The translations under genes and the position numbers were made by a program. From assembly GCA_904391645.1 (NCBI GenBank), contig CAJFMJ010000001.1, positions 1-44,199 of the forward strand: a DNA stretch of 44,199 nucleotides, written 5' to 3'. The notes beneath the pieces were generated by a model. That model was given only the letters and a program-made list of their open reading frames with translations. It searched no databases and had not been told where the DNA came from. Source of the DNA: an uncultured Neglectibacter sp. (GTDB taxonomy: Bacteria > Bacillota > Clostridia > Oscillospirales > Acutalibacteraceae). Numbering within the stretch: position 1 is the stretch's first letter; each line of letters starts with the position of its first letter. Positions 39,079 through 44,199 of the stretch are shown here, one piece after another.

Positions 39079-40251
39079 TTAAATGCGGGCCGCACCGGAA
39101 TCCCGGGCAGCCTGGGCCACGGCTTTGGCAATGGCGGGGACCACCCGCTTGTCAAAGGCAGAGGGGATGATGTTCTGCTCGGAAAGCTCTTCTTCGGGGA
39201 TGAGATCTGCCAGGGCCTTGGCAGCGGCCACCTTCATCTGGTCGTTGATCTCCTTGGCCCGCACGTCCAGGGCGCCCCGGAAAATGCCGGGGAAAGCCAG
39301 CACGTTGTTGATCTGGTTGGGGTAGTCGGAGCGGCCGGTGCCCACCACCCGGGCCCCGGCGGCCAAAGCCTCTTCCGGGAAGATCTCCGGGGTGGGGTTG
39401 GCGCAGGCGAACACCACGGCGTCCTTGGCCATGGTCTTCACCATGTCCCCGGTGAGGACCCCCGGCGCGGAGAATCCCATAAACACATCCGCCCCCTGGA
39501 TCACATCCGCCAGGGTACCAGACTTCCGCTGGGGGTTGGTTTCTTCTGCCAGCTTTGCCTGGGCAGGGGTCATGCCAGGCAGGCCGGGCACCAAAGCGCC
39601 GTTTTTATCGCAGACCACCACGTTGCGGAGGCCCAAGGCCATGAGCAGCTTGGTGCAGGCCGTGCCGGCGGCGCCGGCGCCGTTGACCACCGCGCTGACC
39701 TCTTCGATCTTCTTGCCCACCAGCTTCAGGGCGTTGAGCATGGCGGACACCGTGATCACAGCGGTGCCATGCTGGTCGTCGTGGAACACGGGGATGTCCA
39801 GGCGCTCCTTCAGTTTGGCTTCCACTTCAAAGCAGCGGGGGGCGCCGATGTCCTCCAGGTTGATGCCGCCAAAGGAGCCGGCGATAAGCTCGATGGTGCG
39901 GACGATCTCGTCCACGTCCTTGGACCGCACGCAGATGGGGAAAGCGTCGATGCCCGCAAAGGCCTGGAACAGGGCGCACTTGCCCTCCATCACAGGCATA
40001 CCTGCCTCGGGGCCGATGTCCCCCAGGCCCAGCACCGCGGTGCCGTCGGTGACCACTGCCACCAGGTTCCCACGGCGGGTGTATTCGTAGGACTTGTCCA
40101 CGTCCTTTTGGATCTCCAAGCAGGGGGCCGCCACGCCCGGGGTGTAAGCCACCGACAGGTCCTCTTTATTCTCCAGCACACAGGGAGTGGTGACACGGAT
40201 CTTCCCCTTCCATTCCCGGTGCATTTCCAAAGCTTTCTGCGCGTAATCCAC
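39079..40251 (-). CDS. NAD(P)-dependent malic enzyme
   Basis: AYTPGVA, TDGTAVLGLGDIG, PVMEGK, FHDDQHGTA, GAGAAG, TGRSDYPNQINN. GTG start. Confidence 0.95.
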   Translation of the reverse strand: MDYAQKALEMHREWKGKIRVTTPCVLENKEDLSVAYTPGVAAPCLEIQKDVDKSYEYTRRGNLVAVVTDGTAVLGLGDIGPEAGMPVMEGKCALFQAFAGIDAFPICVRSKDVDEIVRTIELIAGSFGGINLEDIGAPRCFEVEAKLKERLDIPVFHDDQHGTAVITVSAMLNALKLVGKKIEEVSAVVNGAGAAGTACTKLLMALGLRNVVVCDKNGALVPGLPGMTPAQAKLAEETNPQRKSGTLADVIQGADVFMGFSAPGVLTGDMVKTMAKDAVVFACANPTPEIFPEEALAAGARVVGTGRSDYPNQINNVLAFPGIFRGALDVRAKEINDQMKVAAAKALADLIPEEELSEQNIIPSAFDKRVVPAIAKAVAQAARDSGAARI

Positions 40252-40385
40252 AGTGCGTCCCTCCATTTTTATTCCGCTTTTTCTTGGATTATAACACGGC
40301 TTCCCCGCCCACGCAAGAAGCCCGCTTGATTTTCCCACTCCACCTCTCTATAATAGAGCCATACTTTCCCTGGGAGGGACGTTTC

Positions 40386-41063
40386 ATGAACCAGTCACAA
40401 CGGCGCTTTGACGCCTGTATTTTCGATTTAGACGGCACCCTGGCCAACACCCTGCACTCCATTGCCCACTTTGGCAACGCCACCCTCAAAGAGTTTGGCC
40501 TGCCGCCCATCCCGGACGAGGACTACAAAGCCCTGGTGGGCAACGGCGCCGACGTGCTGATGCGCCGGATGCTCCGCACCGTGGGGGCCCAGTTCCCCGA
40601 GGAGAAGATCCGCCAATTCCGGGCCTTTTACGACCACTGTTACGAAAGCGACCCCATGGCCCTGGTGGCGCCCTACCCGGGCATTTTGGAAACCCTGCAG
40701 GCCCTGAAGGAGCAGGGGATGCAGCTGGGGGTGCTGTCCAACAAGCCCGACAACATGGCCCAGTACATTGTGGGCGACCTGTTCGGAGGGCTGATCCACC
40801 AGGCCCACGGCCAGCGGGCAGGCATCCCCACCAAGCCAGACCCCACAGCCGTGTTGCACATGGCGGCGGATTTTGGGGTGGACCCCAGCCGGGTGCTCTA
40901 TGTGGGGGACAGCGGCGTGGATATGCAGACAGGCCGCAACGCCGGGATGCACCCCTGCGGCGTGCTGTGGGGCTTCCGCGGGGAACCGGAGCTGCGGGAA
41001 AACGGCGCAGAATTCCTGGCCCACACCGCCCAAGAGCTTTGCAGCATCGCACTTTCCGAATAA
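40386..41063 (+). CDS. HAD-family phosphatase (Gph-like)
   Basis: FDLDGTL, SNK, KPDP, VGDSGVD. Confidence 0.92.
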   Translation: MNQSQRRFDACIFDLDGTLANTLHSIAHFGNATLKEFGLPPIPDEDYKALVGNGADVLMRRMLRTVGAQFPEEKIRQFRAFYDHCYESDPMALVAPYPGILETLQALKEQGMQLGVLSNKPDNMAQYIVGDLFGGLIHQAHGQRAGIPTKPDPTAVLHMAADFGVDPSRVLYVGDSGVDMQTGRNAGMHPCGVLWGFRGEPELRENGAEFLAHTAQELCSIALSE

Positions 41064-41065
41064 AA

Positions 41066-41098
41066 CAAAAAAAGGACATCCGCCGGATGTCCTTTTTC
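41066..41098. terminator. bidirectional terminator
   Basis: AAAAAGGACATCC-GCC-GGATGTCCTTTTT between convergent genes. Confidence 0.85.
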
Positions 41099-41105
41099 TA
41101 TGGGC

Positions 41106-41948
41106 TCAGTCTTCCTTGGGCACGCTCTGGTTAAACTTATCCAGCGCCAGGGCAGCCGCAACGCCCACCACGATGCACACCACGTTGGCCACCGCAACGC
41201 CGATCCCAGCGGTGAAGCTCCCAAAGGGGATGATCACCAGGGTGGCAGCCACAACGATACCCACAATGGCGTGGAAGGCAAGGTTGTAGAAATGGGTGAA
41301 CAGGGCGTCAATAGCCTTGGCAAGGCACAGGATGGTGACCACCGCGCCGATCCCCGCAGGGAGCAGCACCTGGAAATCCAGGTTGCCAATGCCGTCCACC
41401 AAGGGGGTATACAACCCCAGGGGCATCAGCAGGGTGGAAAAGCTCATGCCGGGGGCGATGATGGACAGGGCCATGCAGAATCCGCAGAACAGGTACCATC
41501 CAAAGCTGGGCAGGATGGTCACCGAAAGCACGTTCAAAGACAGCAGCAGGGAAAGCACCAGGACAAATGCCACCCCGGTGGAGATCCAGCTGCCCTTGGT
41601 ACGGCCCTGCTCCCCGGCCTCCCGCAGCAGGGAGGGCAGCATCCCGCCGATGAGGCCCACAAACAGGCACACGCTCTGGTCGGGGTATTTCTCCAGGAAA
41701 AAGGCCAGCACCTTGGCCACGCCTAAAAAGCCCAAAGCAGCCCCCAAGATCACCGGCAGCAGCTTGGGCACATGGGTTTTAAACTTTTTCAAGGGGCTGG
41801 AAAGCAGCTCCATCACCGGCTTGTAAATGCCGAACACCACGCACAGCACGCCGCCGGAAATGCCTGGCAGCACGGCCCCCACGCCAATGAGCATCCCTTG
41901 CAGCACCCGCAGCACCAGGCGGAGAACACCTGTGTTTTTCTCTTTCAT
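41106..41948 (-). CDS. DUF368-family membrane protein (putative undecaprenyl-phosphate translocase)
   Basis: Repeated PGISGG / PGMSFS re-entrant motifs followed by GIY / GLY; about 8 TM segments. Confidence 0.88.
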   Translation of the reverse strand: MKEKNTGVLRLVLRVLQGMLIGVGAVLPGISGGVLCVVFGIYKPVMELLSSPLKKFKTHVPKLLPVILGAALGFLGVAKVLAFFLEKYPDQSVCLFVGLIGGMLPSLLREAGEQGRTKGSWISTGVAFVLVLSLLLSLNVLSVTILPSFGWYLFCGFCMALSIIAPGMSFSTLLMPLGLYTPLVDGIGNLDFQVLLPAGIGAVVTILCLAKAIDALFTHFYNLAFHAIVGIVVAATLVIIPFGSFTAGIGVAVANVVCIVVGVAAALALDKFNQSVPKED

Positions 41949-42149
41949 GGAAAATCCCCTTTCTGTTTTGGGAAAATGGCGGCCAGGCCGCATTTGCTTA
42001 TTATAAAATACTTTCCCGCCCAGTTCAACCGAAAAAAGGCGCCAATCCCATTTTTTAGGAACTTGTAAGATTTCTCCTCCTTCCCTGGAAATGCCCTAAA
42101 AAGCCTTCCCGCCAGCCCCAGGCGGTTTGGCACAGAAACCCACAGGCCG

Positions 42150-42178
42150 TTGACAGCCCCCTGCCGCGGGCTTATAAT
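42150..42178 (+). promoter_or_regulatory. consensus sigma-A promoter of gluQ
   Basis: Perfect TTGACA-17 nt-TATAAT. Confidence 0.9.
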
Positions 42179-42209
42179 CGAAGGAGTTTTCAGGATAGGA
42201 GGGAGGACC

Positions 42210-43169
42210 ATGGCACAAGTGGTGGGGCGGTTTGCCCCCACACCCAGCGGGCAGCTGCACCTGGGCAACCTGTTCTGCTCCCTGATCGCCTGGTTGGCGG
42301 CAAAGTCCCAGGGAGGGAAGATCCTTTTGCGCAACGAAGACCTGGACGTGGAACGCTCCCGGCCGGAATACGCCCTACAGGCCCAGCGGGACCTGGAGGC
42401 CCTGGGGCTGTTTTGGGACGAGGGCGGGGACTGCTCCGGCCCCCACGCCCCCTACGACCAAAGCCAGCGGTTCCCGTTTTACCGCACCCAGCTGGAGCGT
42501 TTGGAAAACCAGGGCCTGGTGTACCCCTGCTTTTGCAGCCGGGCCCAGCTCCATGCCGCCAGCGCCCCCCACGCCTCCGACGGGGAAACCATCTACGCCG
42601 GCACCTGCCGAGGCCTCTCCCCCCAAGAGGTGGAAGAACGGTCCAAGACCCGCGCCCCGGCCCTGCGGCTGCAAGTGCCGGAGGAAACCATTGCCTTCAC
42701 CGACCTCCACTACGGCCCTCAGCAGCAATACCTGCCCACCGGCTGCGGGGATTTCATCCTCCGCCGCTCCGACGGGGTCTACGCCTACCAGCTGGCCGTG
42801 GTGGCCGACGACGGCGCCATGGGGGTCACCCAGGTGGTGCGGGGACGGGACCTGCTGTCCTCCACCCCCCGGCAGATCCTGCTGTACCGGCTGCTGGGCT
42901 GGCCTGTGCCGGAATTCGGCCACACGCCCCTGCTCCTGGCGCCGGGGGGCCGGCGGCTCTCCAAGCGGGACGGCGACCAGTGCCTTTCCGGGCTGCTGGA
43001 AAAGGGGCTGACTCCCCGGGACGTGGTGGGGCGGCTGGCCTTCCTGGCGGGGCTTGTGGAGGAGCCCTGCCCCATCACCCCGGAGGAGCTGCTGCCCCGC
43101 TTCTCCTGGGACAAGCTCCCCCAAGAAGATGTGGTCGTGCCCGCCGGGCTGTTCCCGGGGATTGGATGA
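42210..43169 (+). CDS. gluQ: tRNA glutamyl-Q(34) synthetase (GluQ-RS)
   Basis: GRFAPTPSG, HLGN, CFC..Y...C zinc site, YQLAVVADD, RGRDLL, LSKR. Short, with no anticodon-binding domain. Confidence 0.93.
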   Translation: MAQVVGRFAPTPSGQLHLGNLFCSLIAWLAAKSQGGKILLRNEDLDVERSRPEYALQAQRDLEALGLFWDEGGDCSGPHAPYDQSQRFPFYRTQLERLENQGLVYPCFCSRAQLHAASAPHASDGETIYAGTCRGLSPQEVEERSKTRAPALRLQVPEETIAFTDLHYGPQQQYLPTGCGDFILRRSDGVYAYQLAVVADDGAMGVTQVVRGRDLLSSTPRQILLYRLLGWPVPEFGHTPLLLAPGGRRLSKRDGDQCLSGLLEKGLTPRDVVGRLAFLAGLVEEPCPITPEELLPRFSWDKLPQEDVVVPAGLFPGIG

Positions 43170-43265
43170 GCTTTCCTGGAAAACCTTGGGTTTCTGGCAA
43201 AAATTGGCAGAAAAACTTAACAAAAATTTGATAGATTTCTCTTTTTCATTTTGCTATACTGTTCT

Positions 43266-43424
43266 TGTAACCAAAACAGTGTAAGGGGGTGCGCGCCGTG
43301 GCGGCACAAAACCTTTGGCCCTGTCCCATGGCGGGCCCAAATTCTCACCGCAAAATGAAACAGCCGTCCTCTCTGGAGCCGGTGCGCTGCTGCGCCAGCT
43401 CTTGGAGATAGACGGCTGTTTTTT
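43266..43424 (+). promoter_or_regulatory. structured 5' leader with intrinsic terminator (candidate attenuator or sRNA)
   Basis: Follows extended -10 TGCTATACT (43252-43260). Two hairpins, then a long stem AAACAGCCGTC...GACGGCTGTTT plus T-run just before the RBS. Confidence 0.6.
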
Positions 43425-43448
43425 CTTTCCAGGAAAGGAGCGATTCCC

Positions 43449-43643
43449 ATGATCCCCTGTCAAGCCACCTGCGACCGTTACTGTGAAGGCTGCCACAAAA
43501 ACTGCGCCAAATGGAAGCTGCTGCAAGCCAAAAACCGGATGGACCGGCAAAAGAAAAAGGTCTACTTGGACTATTACAACCAGCTCAACAGCGTGATGCT
43601 CCACCAGTTTTTAAAAATGCAGCCCCACGCCTACTACCGCTGA
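43449..43643 (+). CDS. small Cys-rich hypothetical protein (putative metal-binding)
   Basis: AAAGGAG RBS, C-x3-C-x3-C-x2-CH-x2-C followed by a basic helix, own terminator. Confidence 0.8.
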   Translation: MIPCQATCDRYCEGCHKNCAKWKLLQAKNRMDRQKKKVYLDYYNQLNSVMLHQFLKMQPHAYYR

Positions 43644-43660
43644 CTTACATAGAACTGTCC

Positions 43661-43687
43661 GGCGCCCCTTCGGGGGCGCTTTTTTTG
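43661..43687 (+). terminator. terminator after the Cys-rich ORF
   Basis: GGCGCCCC-TTCG-GGGGCGCTTTTTTT. Confidence 0.85.
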
Positions 43688-43690
43688 TGC

Positions 43691-43723
43691 AAAAAAGGGC
43701 TGCCGCGGTTTGCGGCAGCCCCT
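43691..43723 (-). terminator. terminator after the VOC gene
   Basis: Minus strand GGGCTGCCGC-AAACC-GCGGCAGCCCTTTTTT. Confidence 0.75.
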
Positions 43724-43774
43724 CCCTGTTTTGGGGAGCGCCTTCACAGCCTTTGGCGGAGCTCCTTTTCCCTG

Positions 43775-44179
43775 TCACAGGTACTGATTAAACTCTACTC
43801 GTTCCCCATTGGGCCCCAAGATGGTGAAATACCGCACGCCCCGCTCCCAGAAGGGCAGGGACTCGATCCCCTGGCTCACCACTGGATACCCCAGCTGCTG
43901 CACCAGGGCATAGGCCCCTTCCACGTCGGTGACGTCCAGCGCCAAGTGGTCGATGGCCCCGGACACCCCAGCGGCTTTGCCGTTTTCGTACAGCTCCAGG
44001 GTCAGGTCCCCCAGGCGGCAAAAGGCCACGTCTTCCCCAGCTGCCTCGTTGCGGGTGCGGTACACCGTTTCAAACCCCAGGCTCTGGTAAAAGTCCAGGC
44101 TCTTCTGCAAATCGTTGGTGGGAATGCCCACGTGCTGCAGCCCCTTGCACAGGGCCTTCCTCTTCTCTGCCTGTTCCAT
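43775..44179 (-). CDS. VOC/glyoxalase-family protein
   Basis: HVGI, LELYE, DHLAL, GPNGERVEF. AAAGGAG RBS at the window edge. Confidence 0.88.
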   Translation of the reverse strand: MEQAEKRKALCKGLQHVGIPTNDLQKSLDFYQSLGFETVYRTRNEAAGEDVAFCRLGDLTLELYENGKAAGVSGAIDHLALDVTDVEGAYALVQQLGYPVVSQGIESLPFWERGVRYFTILGPNGERVEFNQYL

Positions 44180-44199
44180 CTTGCTGCCCTCACTCCTTT

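Overview
GC-rich (about 60%) chromosomal window from a gut-type Clostridia bacterium, most likely Oscillospiraceae/Acutalibacteraceae (inferred from gene content and AGGAGG/TTGACA-TATAAT signals). It is mostly housekeeping: T-box-thrS, rny-ymdB, fakA-recG, a D,D-carboxypeptidase, sbcD-sbcC-MBL hydrolase-glyoxalase, a MurJ/YtgP-like flippase, mutY, an esterase, a GH42 beta-galactosidase, the F0F1 atp operon, htrA, an ECF S component, malic enzyme, a HAD phosphatase, DUF368 and gluQ. No tRNA, rRNA, CRISPR array or transposase was seen. Five things stand out. (1) A two-gene operon of a stand-alone P-loop kinase with an altered Walker A and a GH13_18 phosphorylase is a candidate sucrose kinase / sucrose-6F-phosphate phosphorylase pathway. 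(2) A structured, terminator-containing leader precedes a 64-aa Cys-rich protein and is a candidate unrecognised riboswitch or attenuator. (3) A DUF1538 + tandem P-II module looks like an uncharacterised regulated transporter. (4) The left end holds a three-gene chimera (AraC / GH29 fucosidase / YczE-like fragments) beside a probable mobile-element end. (5) RNase Y has a roughly 300-nt structured leader. Family calls come from motif recognition only; no database search was run.
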